DNA of 39,821 nt, taken from positions 1 to 39,821 of the forward strand of contig JBBRLA010000001.1 of NCBI GenBank assembly GCA_038231615.1, in the 5' to 3' direction. How positions within the stretch are numbered: the first letter of the stretch is position 1; each line of letters starts with the position of its first letter. Positions 1-7,768 of the stretch are shown piece by piece. This DNA comes from Polyangia bacterium (GTDB lineage Bacteria > Myxococcota_A > Polyangia > Palsa-1104 > JAEUJZ01). Under the pieces are notes generated by a model, which was given only the letters and a program-made list of their open reading frames with translations, made no database searches and was not told the origin of the DNA. Made by a program: the position numbers and the translations under genes.

Positions 1-14
1 ATAAGGGTGTGGAT

Positions 15-134
15 ATCAGCCAGGTGATTTATCCAGTCACCTGGCTGATTTTTTAAGTCACTCGACTGATTTAAAAAGTCACCTTAGTGACTTAATAAAT
101 CATGTCGGTGACTGATCAAATCAGTCGGCTGACT
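15..134. repeat. AT-rich array of six ~13-16 bp AGTCAC-N5-CTGAT-type motifs in direct and inverted orientation
   Basis: Read directly: atcagccaggtgat (15-28, inverted), agtcacctggctgat (35-49), agtcactcgactgat (56-70), agtcaccttagtgact (77-92), gtcggtgactgat (104-116), atcagtcggctgact (120-134, inverted). 15-27 and 37-49 are perfect reverse complements. Direct copies start at 35, 56 and 77 (21-bp phase). The segment is visibly AT-rich next to GC-rich DNA. Confidence 0.7.
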
Positions 135-395
135 TGGATCCCCTGCCGCTTCACGTAGAGAGCCGTGTTCTTCACCAGATCTCGACCCTCCCAGAGATGT
201 ATATGGAGGCCCCGGACAAAGAAGGCCTCTGCGGGTCCCGCCGCGTAGTCCCGTCGGCATACGGCCGCGCGAGGGCAGCCTCTCGGAGCCCGTGTTCAGT
301 GACCAGGGAACTGCACCCGCCGGTTGCTTGTCGATACGAGAAAGACAAGGCTTGTACCGGGCCTAAAGACGAGGGAAAATGGATGCAGGACATCC

Positions 396-2333
396 ATGAA
401 CAACGGCACCCTTTGTGCGCCAGCACTGGCCCGCGCCGGGCTCCTGTGGGGCCTTATGGGCCTTTGTGCTCTCTCGGCCTGCAGCAACACGCTGCCCGGC
501 CCCTTTTTGGATCCGCTCCCCCAGGACCTGGGGACACCGGATCTGATTCCCATCAAGACCCACCTGATCATCGAGCCGGCGATGCTGCCGCCCATCGTCC
601 TTTTCAGCGGGACGCCGGAGACGCCCGGGACGCGGGAGAGGCGGGACTTCAAGGCCTTCCGCGTCAACGAAGGGACTGGCGAGAAGACCGACGTGACCGA
701 CGTATGCTTCTGGTCGGTCCAGCAGAGATCGGGGCAGCGCCTGTCCCTGGGCAGCATCGATCACGGCCACTTCGTCAGCGCCGCCGAGGTCGCCGGCACG
801 GGCGTGGTGGACGCCGAGCTGGCGGACCTGCGGTCATCGGTGTCGATCCTGGTGCAGCTCAAGGGGGCGATCCACCTGGCCAAGACCCTGGACGGCACCG
901 ATCCGCCGGCCGACGCCGCGCGCTACTTCAAGGGCGCGACCAGCGCCCCCCGGGCCCCGAGCATTCTCTACCCTCCCGACGGCAGCGTCATCCCGCAGAA
1001 CCTGAACGAACTGGAGGTGCAGTACGGTGCGCAGGGCGACGATGTCTTCGAGGTCTTCCTGAGCAGCACCTTGCTCGACCTGCACATCTACACCGGCAGC
1101 TTGCAGAGGCTCTCCCTGTCGTCGCAAGAGTACACCCTTTTGACCGACGCCGGCAACACCGGCCCGATCACCCTTTTGGTGCGCGGCGCCAGCAAGGCCG
1201 ACCCCAGCACCTACGGCGAGTCGTCGCCGGTGCGGCTGCGCGTCACCCCCCCGGTGGTCGGGGCCACCTATTACTTCTCGACCGTTATCCCGGGGCAGGG
1301 GATTTGGCGCTACGACTGGCTTTCGTCCCCCGGCGGCCGGGCCCGGGCCTACGCCACCGATCAGACCAGCTCCCAGTCGGGGCAGTGCTTCGGCTGCCAC
1401 TCCCTGTCCCGGGACGGGCGCATCCTGACCGCGTCGCTTTCCATGATCGCCTTGGGAAGCGGCGCGATCATCGATGTGCAGAACGGCGGGCGCAAGTCCG
1501 TGCAGGGCGGCAAATGGAGCTTCTCCTCCGTCGCCAGCGCCGGGGACCAGGCGGCAGTCAGCGGCGGCGGTGCGCTCGCGCTGCTTTTGGTGGAGCAGGG
1601 CACCCTGGGCACGGCCCTTGTCAGCGGCGGCGGCGCGCTCCTTTCCCAGCCCAACCTGTCCCAGGACGGCAACCTGCTGGTCTACGTGCAGGGCCAGCCG
1701 GTCGCCGGCAAGAGCGAGGCCCACGTGCAGAACGGCAGCCTGCGCACGCTGACCAAGGCGAACGGTTTCGGCGTCCCCACGGACCTGCTTTTGACCCAGG
1801 GCGCGCAGAACAACTACTACCCGGCGATCACCCCGGACGGCCAGTGGGTGCTCTTCACCCGGGCCAATGGGGATTCCTTCGACAATCCCGGGGCCCAGCT
1901 CTTCGCCGTGGCGGCAGACGGCAAGAGCGCGGCCTTCCCGCTGACCAGCGCCAACTCGGTCCTGTCGACGAAGAACAACGCGGTGCTGGGGTATCTGACC
2001 AACTCCTACCCCAGCTTCTTGCCCCTGCCGGTCACCACGGCGGGCCAGCCGCTGTACTATTTCACCTTCTCCAGCCGTCGGGAGGTTGGGGTAGAGATCT
2101 CCCACACCGGCGCCACGCCCGCGGCCGGCACCACCGTGGTGCTGACCCCCAACACCGCCAAGACCACGATGTCGGGCTGGAACGATCAAATCTGGCTCTC
2201 GACCTTTGATCCGGGCAAGGCCAAGATGGGTCAGGACCCCTCATCCCCGGCCATCTGGCTGCCGCTCCAGTCCCCCACGTCGAGCAACCACACCGCGGCC
2301 TCGGCCCAGACCTTCTTCAACATGGATCTTTGA
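396..2333 (+). CDS. Lipoprotein with Ig-like N-terminal region, single CxxCH motif and TolB/PD40-like beta-propeller; paralog of 7769..9715
   Basis: Within ORF 324..2333, ATG at 396 gives MNNGTLCAPALARAGLLWGLMGLCALSAC (signal peptide plus lipobox Cys). It contains GQCFGCHSLSRDG (CxxCH), NNYYPAITPDGQWVLFTR (PD40-like) and the C-terminal motif DPSSPAIWLP, which is shared with the 7769 protein. No family search was run. Confidence 0.7.
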   Translation: MNNGTLCAPALARAGLLWGLMGLCALSACSNTLPGPFLDPLPQDLGTPDLIPIKTHLIIEPAMLPPIVLFSGTPETPGTRERRDFKAFRVNEGTGEKTDVTDVCFWSVQQRSGQRLSLGSIDHGHFVSAAEVAGTGVVDAELADLRSSVSILVQLKGAIHLAKTLDGTDPPADAARYFKGATSAPRAPSILYPPDGSVIPQNLNELEVQYGAQGDDVFEVFLSSTLLDLHIYTGSLQRLSLSSQEYTLLTDAGNTGPITLLVRGASKADPSTYGESSPVRLRVTPPVVGATYYFSTVIPGQGIWRYDWLSSPGGRARAYATDQTSSQSGQCFGCHSLSRDGRILTASLSMIALGSGAIIDVQNGGRKSVQGGKWSFSSVASAGDQAAVSGGGALALLLVEQGTLGTALVSGGGALLSQPNLSQDGNLLVYVQGQPVAGKSEAHVQNGSLRTLTKANGFGVPTDLLLTQGAQNNYYPAITPDGQWVLFTRANGDSFDNPGAQLFAVAADGKSAAFPLTSANSVLSTKNNAVLGYLTNSYPSFLPLPVTTAGQPLYYFTFSSRREVGVEISHTGATPAAGTTVVLTPNTAKTTMSGWNDQIWLSTFDPGKAKMGQDPSSPAIWLPLQSPTSSNHTAASAQTFFNMDL

Positions 2334-2357
2334 GTCTGCGCCGCAACACAAAGAGCG

Positions 2358-4679
2358 TCAGCGCCGCAGGTGGAGGATGGTGCCATACTGTCCGACCGTG
2401 TACACATCGCCGGCCGCGCTGCCCCACACCCCGTTGAGCACCCGGGAGGCCTGAAGTGCCTCGGTAGACCAGCTTGCGCCCCGGTCCTTGGTGTGGAGCA
2501 TCGTCCCGTCCCCCGCCAGGTAGACGTCGTCGGGCCCGCTGCCCCAGATCCCCCGGAACGAGCGCACGCTACCGGTCGGGGACGGGTTGAAGCTCAGGCC
2601 CCCATCCACGCTGTGTACTACGTAGCCGCTGTCGCCGATCACGTAGACGTCATTCGCCCCGCTGCCCCAGACGTCATGCGGGTTGTGGGTGATTCCGGGG
2701 ACCGAGGTCCAGGTCTTCCCGGCGGCGGTCCCGTGCAGGAGCGTGTTGCCATCCGCGGCCACGTAAATGTCGTCCCGGCCGCTGCCCCAGATGGCCAAGA
2801 AGTTGCGGGTCACCCCGGTGCTGACCGGCTGGTAGGTCTGCCCGCTGTCGGTCGAATGCAGGATCGTGCTGCCGTCGCCCACCAGATACACGTCGCTCGC
2901 CCGGCTGCCCCACACCCCGCGCAGCACGCTGGTCGTTCCCGAGGACGGGCTTTGCCAGGTCTTGCCGCCGTCGTTGCTGTGCAACACCACTCCGCTGTCG
3001 CCCACCAGGTACACGTCGTTCGGTCCGCTGCCAAAGACCCCTCGCAGCGTGGGTTTTGCCCCCACCGAGACCTCGGTGAAGGTCTCGCCGGCATCGGAGC
3101 TGTGCAGCACCGCGCCTTGGTCCCCCACCGCGTAGACGTCGCCGGCCCCGCTGCCCCACACCCGGTTGAGCCCGTCCATCCGGCCCATCGGCGCGCTTTG
3201 CCACGTCGCTCCCTGGTCCGTGCTGTGCAGCACCGCTCCCGCCCCGCCGACCGCGTAGACATTTGCGGGCCCGCTGCCCCAAAGCCCGCTCAGGTTGCGC
3301 TGCTGCCCCATGGCCACGGGCGAAAAACCCACCCCGAAGCCGCCGTGATAAAACGAGCCGGCGGTACCGACCAGATAGATGTCCTGTGGCCCGCTGCCCC
3401 AGACGCCGGAGATCACCTGCGGGTTTTGCAGCGCCACCTTGTTCCAGCTCGTTCCGTCCGTGCTGTGCAGGACGGTGAAGGCGCCCGCGAGGAACACGTC
3501 CCCCGCACCGCTGCCCCAGACCCCGCGAAGGTCCTTGTCCGTCCCGACCGTCAGCGGTATCCACGTCTTGCCGCCATCGCGGCTGCGCACCGCGGTGCCC
3601 ATATCGCCCGCCGCGAAGACCTCACCCGGGCCGGTGCCCCACACGGACACCAGCTCGTTCGGCCCGATCGACAGCGCGGTCCAGCGGCTGCCGTCCTGTG
3701 TGCCGTGGAGCACCATGCCCTGGTCGCCCACCAGGTACACGTCGTCGGGCCCGCTGCCCCACACCCCCAGAAGGTCCACCGACACCCCGCCCACATCGAC
3801 CTGCGCGAAGCTCGCCCCGCCGTCGTGGCTGCGCAGGACCGTGCCGGCCTCGCCGACGACATACAGGTTGTATTGTCCGCTGCCCCAGATCGAAAAGAGT
3901 TCGACCTGGGTCCCGGTGGGCGGCTGGCTCCACGTCCGCCCCCCGTTGGTCGAGTGCAGCACCCGGCCGCTCTGGCCCACGGTGTACACGTCGAGCGGCC
4001 CGCTGCCCCACACATTGTCCAGGGTGTCGGCCTGCGGCAAGGGGTTGGCCCAGCACCAGCCGCTGTCGTTGCACAGCCGCTTGCCGAAGTAGGCCGACAC
4101 CTGAAGCGGCCCCTGCACAAGCACGTCGCATACGCCCGCGCCGGTACACTCGGGCGGCGACCAGCCGGTGAAGATCGAGCCCGGCATGGCCTGCCCGGAC
4201 AGGCGCACCCGGGTGCCCTTTTGCACCTTCAGGCCGCAGGACGCACCGCATTCCAGGCCCTGCACGTCCGAGTGTACGGCGCCCGCCCCCTCGCCTGCCC
4301 GCTGCACCGTCAGCCGGCAGTGCTGCGGGTCGTACCGATTGAGCGCCAGAGACAGCTCGGTCCTTTGGCCGGGCACGACGGCCCCCTGCGCACCGCCCCC
4401 CGCGCCGGAGCAGCCGCCGTCCACCACCGCGTCGACGGTGAGCACGACGTTGCCCCGGGCCCCGTCGGGCAAGTAAAAGACGAACTGCAGCGGGCTGCCG
4501 GGGAAGGTGCCCGAAAGGGACTGCCCCCCCACCGAGGCCGACACCGCCAGGGTGCGCACGTCCTGGCTGCCGCCTTCCACGGTCAGTGTGACCAGCACAT
4601 AGGGCCGGCCGTCCTGCCCGCAGGAGAGCAGGGCGCAAAGCCCGCACAGCAGCACCGCCGACCCGGGGACCGTTCCCAC
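2358..4679 (-). CDS. Lipoprotein with 14 tandem ~42-aa repeats (VWGSGxxDVYxVGxxGxxLHSxDGGxTW; BNR/Ycf48-like beta-propeller)
   Basis: ORF 2358..4844. I count 14 (V/I/L)(W/F)G(S/T)(G/R/A)...(V/I/L)(Y/F) repeat units. The start is probably GTG at 4679 (VGTVPGSAVLLCGLCALLSCGQ, lipobox), which leaves a 35-bp gap after the upstream gene's stop at 4715. The start is uncertain. Confidence 0.75.
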   Translation of the reverse strand: MGTVPGSAVLLCGLCALLSCGQDGRPYVLVTLTVEGGSQDVRTLAVSASVGGQSLSGTFPGSPLQFVFYLPDGARGNVVLTVDAVVDGGCSGAGGGAQGAVVPGQRTELSLALNRYDPQHCRLTVQRAGEGAGAVHSDVQGLECGASCGLKVQKGTRVRLSGQAMPGSIFTGWSPPECTGAGVCDVLVQGPLQVSAYFGKRLCNDSGWCWANPLPQADTLDNVWGSGPLDVYTVGQSGRVLHSTNGGRTWSQPPTGTQVELFSIWGSGQYNLYVVGEAGTVLRSHDGGASFAQVDVGGVSVDLLGVWGSGPDDVYLVGDQGMVLHGTQDGSRWTALSIGPNELVSVWGTGPGEVFAAGDMGTAVRSRDGGKTWIPLTVGTDKDLRGVWGSGAGDVFLAGAFTVLHSTDGTSWNKVALQNPQVISGVWGSGPQDIYLVGTAGSFYHGGFGVGFSPVAMGQQRNLSGLWGSGPANVYAVGGAGAVLHSTDQGATWQSAPMGRMDGLNRVWGSGAGDVYAVGDQGAVLHSSDAGETFTEVSVGAKPTLRGVFGSGPNDVYLVGDSGVVLHSNDGGKTWQSPSSGTTSVLRGVWGSRASDVYLVGDGSTILHSTDSGQTYQPVSTGVTRNFLAIWGSGRDDIYVAADGNTLLHGTAAGKTWTSVPGITHNPHDVWGSGANDVYVIGDSGYVVHSVDGGLSFNPSPTGSVRSFRGIWGSGPDDVYLAGDGTMLHTKDRGASWSTEALQASRVLNGVWGSAAGDVYTVGQYGTILHLRR

Positions 4680-4714
4680 CCGGCGGCCGCCCTGGCTTGG
4701 TACGCGACCTTCGC

Positions 4715-5311
4715 TCACTGCCAGGCCCCCATCAGCACCGGCAGGCCGGGGGGCGGGTCCGGATACGTCGGGCGGGTGACCGCCACCGCCACGCCTGTCG
4801 CCACCCCCGCCACCACCACGCCGCCGATGGCAGTCCAGAACCACCAGCGCCGGTACACTGGCACCGAGGTGACCGGCTGCGGCTGCGGGAGGAGACGAGA
4901 GGGCCCTGGGGCGGGGAGGGCCTGCGTCGGGGCGACCGCCGTTTTCGCGGCCTGCTCCGCCGCGAGCTGGGCGCGCAACTCGGTCACATACCCCTGCGCG
5001 CGGGCCCGCTGCTGTGCGTTTTGGGCCTCGTGCAGGAAGCGCTCGTACTGGGTCAGCGCCTCCTGCTTGCGGCCGATCTGCCGCTGCGACTGGGCGATGT
5101 TGTACAGGTAGATCGGGAGCGGCTCCTTGAGGTAGGCCGCCTTGAACTCTTCGATGGCTTCCTTGTACTGGCCGCTCATGTAGTAACGTTCGGCCATCGC
5201 GCCGTGTTCGCCAGGCTGCGGCTGCGCCTGGCCCTGCGCCGGCACGCCCCAGCGCAGGACCGAAAGGAAGATCAGCGTCGAGGTTGTGCTAGTCCATCTC
5301 CCGCGGCTCAT
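4715..5311 (-). CDS. TPR-like protein with N-terminal signal-like segment and C-terminal transmembrane anchor
   Basis: YYMSGQYKEAIEEFKAAYLKEPLPIYLYNIAQSQRQIGRKQEALTQYERFL is a TPR-like helix pair. The C-terminal hydrophobic stretch is WWFWTAIGGVVVAGVATGVAVAV. It overlaps the kinase stop by 23 nt. Confidence 0.6.
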   Translation of the reverse strand: MSRGRWTSTTSTLIFLSVLRWGVPAQGQAQPQPGEHGAMAERYYMSGQYKEAIEEFKAAYLKEPLPIYLYNIAQSQRQIGRKQEALTQYERFLHEAQNAQQRARAQGYVTELRAQLAAEQAAKTAVAPTQALPAPGPSRLLPQPQPVTSVPVYRRWWFWTAIGGVVVAGVATGVAVAVTRPTYPDPPPGLPVLMGAWQ

Positions 5312-6929
5312 ACTTCTTTTCCTCCTTGTGGGGGGCCGTCGCCTTCACGGCCGGGTCCTTCGTCTTGCGGTGGGCGGGCAGCGATCGGTTGCCTGGATGG
5401 GGGTCCTGTGCCTGTGCGGCACTCAAGAGGGCCACGCTGGCCTGACAATCGCCCATCGGGTCCAGGTTCACGGCCCGGTCGCGATACCCGGGCTTGCGCA
5501 CCAGAAGGGACCAGTTTCCCTGGTCCGGCGTGCGCTCCGCTTCCCAGGGGGTGCTGCCGAGGGGTGTCTGGTCGACGGCGCGGAGCACCTGTGCCCCGGC
5601 GGGCTCGCTGCGCAGCCGACAGGTGACCATCCGGGCCGGGACCGGTGCCCGCCCCGCTGGCGCGGTCAAGACCGCCGCCGGCCCCGATCGGTGCGCCGCT
5701 TTCTGGACGGGCTTGCCGCTGGTGCGCCGCCAGCCGATCCACGCTGTGCCGCCCAAAAGGACCAGCAACGCGGCGAAAAGGACCAGTCGCGGCCCCCGCG
5801 GGGGCGAAGGCGCCGGGATGACCCACGCTTCCGCCGAGGCCAGCGACCCGGCGGGCGGCACGCTGCCGGGGTGCGGAAAGGACCCCCGGTCCACCCGAGC
5901 GCCCAGAGGCGGACGCGGCGAGGACGGGCCGGCAAAAGCCGGCAGGACAGCGTCTTTTTCCCCGTCCTCCGAAGCGACGGTCAGCCCCATGGCCGCAAGC
6001 GCGGAGGCATCGAAGGCAGCGGTGTCATCATAGGGGTCCGGGGCCGCGGGCTGCGAGAGGAGCGGCGGGCCGCCGATGCTCTGCCAGAGCGCGCCCAGGG
6101 CCTGGGTCACGTGGGCCATGCTCGGCCGCTTCGTCGAGTCCTTGAGCATCATCCGCGAGACCAGCGCGGTCAGTTCCACGGGCAGGCCGGGGGTCTCGTC
6201 GGCGAGTTCCGGCGGGGGCTCGTACATGTGCATCGCGATGATGGACTCGGGCAGGGTGGCCCGGAAGGGCAGCTTGCCGCTCAGCATCTCGAAGAGCATG
6301 ATGCCCAGGGCGTAGACGTCCGATCGATCGTCGACCTTCTCGGCGCCGCGGCACTGCTCGGGGGCCATGTAGTGGGGCGTGCCCATCATGCTGCCGGCGC
6401 GGGTGTTGAAATGGGTGGCGCCGGGGCGGCGGCGTTCCTCCTGGAGCTTGGCCAGGCCGAAGTCCAGAACCTTGACGCGCTCGCCGCCGGGCATGTCAGG
6501 GTCCGCGACGAGCATCAGGTTGTCCGGCTTGAGGTCGCGGTGGACGATGCGGCGGGCATGGGCGGCGCTCAGCGCGGAGGCGATCTGCCGGCTGATGCGC
6601 AGCACTGCCTCAAGGGGCATGGGGCCGCGCCGAAGACGCGTGCGCAGGGAGTCGCCGGGCAGATACTCCATGACGATGTACGAGGCGCCATTGGGAAGCT
6701 GCCCCACATCGGAGACGCTGACGATCCCCGGATGGCCGATCAGGTTGGCGGCGCGCGCCTCGTTGAGGAAGCGGCGGGCAATGTCCGGCTGGGAGGAGAA
6801 GCTGTCGTGGAGGACCTTGATGGCCACGCGCCGGTCGATGGCCTCGTTGAAGGCCTCGTAGACGGCGCCCATCCCCCCCTCACCCAGCTTGCGAAGGATG
6901 CGGTAGTTGTTGATTTGCAGCCCGAGCAT
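5289..6929 (-). CDS. Hanks-type Ser/Thr protein kinase with TM segment and C-terminal PEGA-like domain
   Basis: GEGGMGAVYEA, VAIKVLH, HRDLKPDNLML, DFGLAK and GTPHYMAPEQ are present. TM segment: LVLFAALLVLLGGTAWIGW. C-terminal VTCRLRSEPAGAQVLRAVDQTPLGSTPW...VRKPGYRD resembles PEGA. Start taken at ATG 6929 (MLGLQINNYRIL), inside ORF 5289..6974. Confidence 0.9.
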   Translation of the reverse strand: MLGLQINNYRILRKLGEGGMGAVYEAFNEAIDRRVAIKVLHDSFSSQPDIARRFLNEARAANLIGHPGIVSVSDVGQLPNGASYIVMEYLPGDSLRTRLRRGPMPLEAVLRISRQIASALSAAHARRIVHRDLKPDNLMLVADPDMPGGERVKVLDFGLAKLQEERRRPGATHFNTRAGSMMGTPHYMAPEQCRGAEKVDDRSDVYALGIMLFEMLSGKLPFRATLPESIIAMHMYEPPPELADETPGLPVELTALVSRMMLKDSTKRPSMAHVTQALGALWQSIGGPPLLSQPAAPDPYDDTAAFDASALAAMGLTVASEDGEKDAVLPAFAGPSSPRPPLGARVDRGSFPHPGSVPPAGSLASAEAWVIPAPSPPRGPRLVLFAALLVLLGGTAWIGWRRTSGKPVQKAAHRSGPAAVLTAPAGRAPVPARMVTCRLRSEPAGAQVLRAVDQTPLGSTPWEAERTPDQGNWSLLVRKPGYRDRAVNLDPMGDCQASVALLSAAQAQDPHPGNRSLPAHRKTKDPAVKATAPHKEEKKYEPREMD

Positions 6930-7088
6930 ACTGTTTCCGTCAGGCACACGCGTGATGGCGGAAGTATACCACATGAGGGCCGGGGTGCTCGCGAGACCCG
7001 GCGGAGGTGCGCGACCGCCGGGCCAGCCTCAACCTTCACCCTACCTTGACAATCACTTCGGTGGGCTTCCACGACCACCAGATAGGGC

Positions 7089-7667
7089 GTGCTCATGAGA
7101 ATGACCAGCGAGACCCAGGCGGAGCGCCGCTATCAGGCGCTGATGCGCTCGATCAAGGAAGAATTCCCCGGCTTCCGGCTCCGGCCCAAGCGCGACGACC
7201 CGCTGCAGCGGATCATCCACCATCTGCTGGTGGGGCTGACGCTGGGGCGCATGCGCGGCTACCTGACTGAGTACCATACCACCCTGGGGCGGACGGTCTA
7301 CGTGACCGACTCGTGGGACCGCATCCCGGCGGTCGATCGCTGGGCCACGATGCGCCACGAACGGGTGCACCTTTTGCAGTTCCGCCGCTACACCTTCCTG
7401 GGGATGGCGGTGCTCTACCTGCTGGTGCCGCTGCCTTTTGGGCTTTCCTACTTCCGCATGCGGCTGGAGCGCGAGGCTTATGAGGAGACCCTGCGCGCCC
7501 TGTACGAGGCGCGCGGGGAACGGGCGGTGCGCGACCCGGGCCTGCGGGACCATGTGATGGCGCAGTTCACCTCCGCCTCCTACGGCTGGATGTGGCCCTT
7601 CCCCGCCGCGGTGGCCCGCTGGTACGATCGCTTCGTCGACGAACTGACCGGAACCCATCAAGAGTGA
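7089..7667 (+). CDS. Hypothetical membrane-associated protein with HExxH..Q motif (possible zincin-like fold)
   Basis: 192-aa ORF with good GC3. It has the motif MRHERVHLLQF followed by the hydrophobic stretch FLGMAVLYLLVPLPFGL. The start is ambiguous (GTG 7089, ATG 7095 or ATG 7101). I recognise no family with certainty. Confidence 0.5.
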   Translation: MLMRMTSETQAERRYQALMRSIKEEFPGFRLRPKRDDPLQRIIHHLLVGLTLGRMRGYLTEYHTTLGRTVYVTDSWDRIPAVDRWATMRHERVHLLQFRRYTFLGMAVLYLLVPLPFGLSYFRMRLEREAYEETLRALYEARGERAVRDPGLRDHVMAQFTSASYGWMWPFPAAVARWYDRFVDELTGTHQE

Positions 7668-7768
7668 AGGGAGGGGCAGGCGCGGCGCGGCAGGTCGTGC
7701 TAAGCTGTACTACTATTCCGCGATTCATATCTGGCATCGTTCTTGCCAGGTGAGGAGACTGAAAATCC

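Noticed and set aside
28-36. DnaA-box-like TTATCCAGT inside the AT-rich block
   Set aside because: It is a single copy with two mismatches to TTATCCACA. There is no cluster of boxes and no dnaA/dnaN context.
134-2209. A 691-aa ORF, with antisense ORFs 834..2189 and 296..757, overlapping the 396..2333 lipoprotein gene
   Set aside because: The translations are Arg/Pro/Gly/Ala-rich with no motifs. They are out-of-frame or antisense shadows, as expected in very GC-rich DNA. The 396..2333 frame has a lipobox, recognisable motifs and a paralog.
2370-5111. A 913-aa plus-strand ORF antisense to the 14-repeat propeller gene
   Set aside because: Low-complexity, Arg/Ala/Pro/His-rich translation. The opposite strand encodes a clearly periodic repeat protein with a lipoprotein signal.
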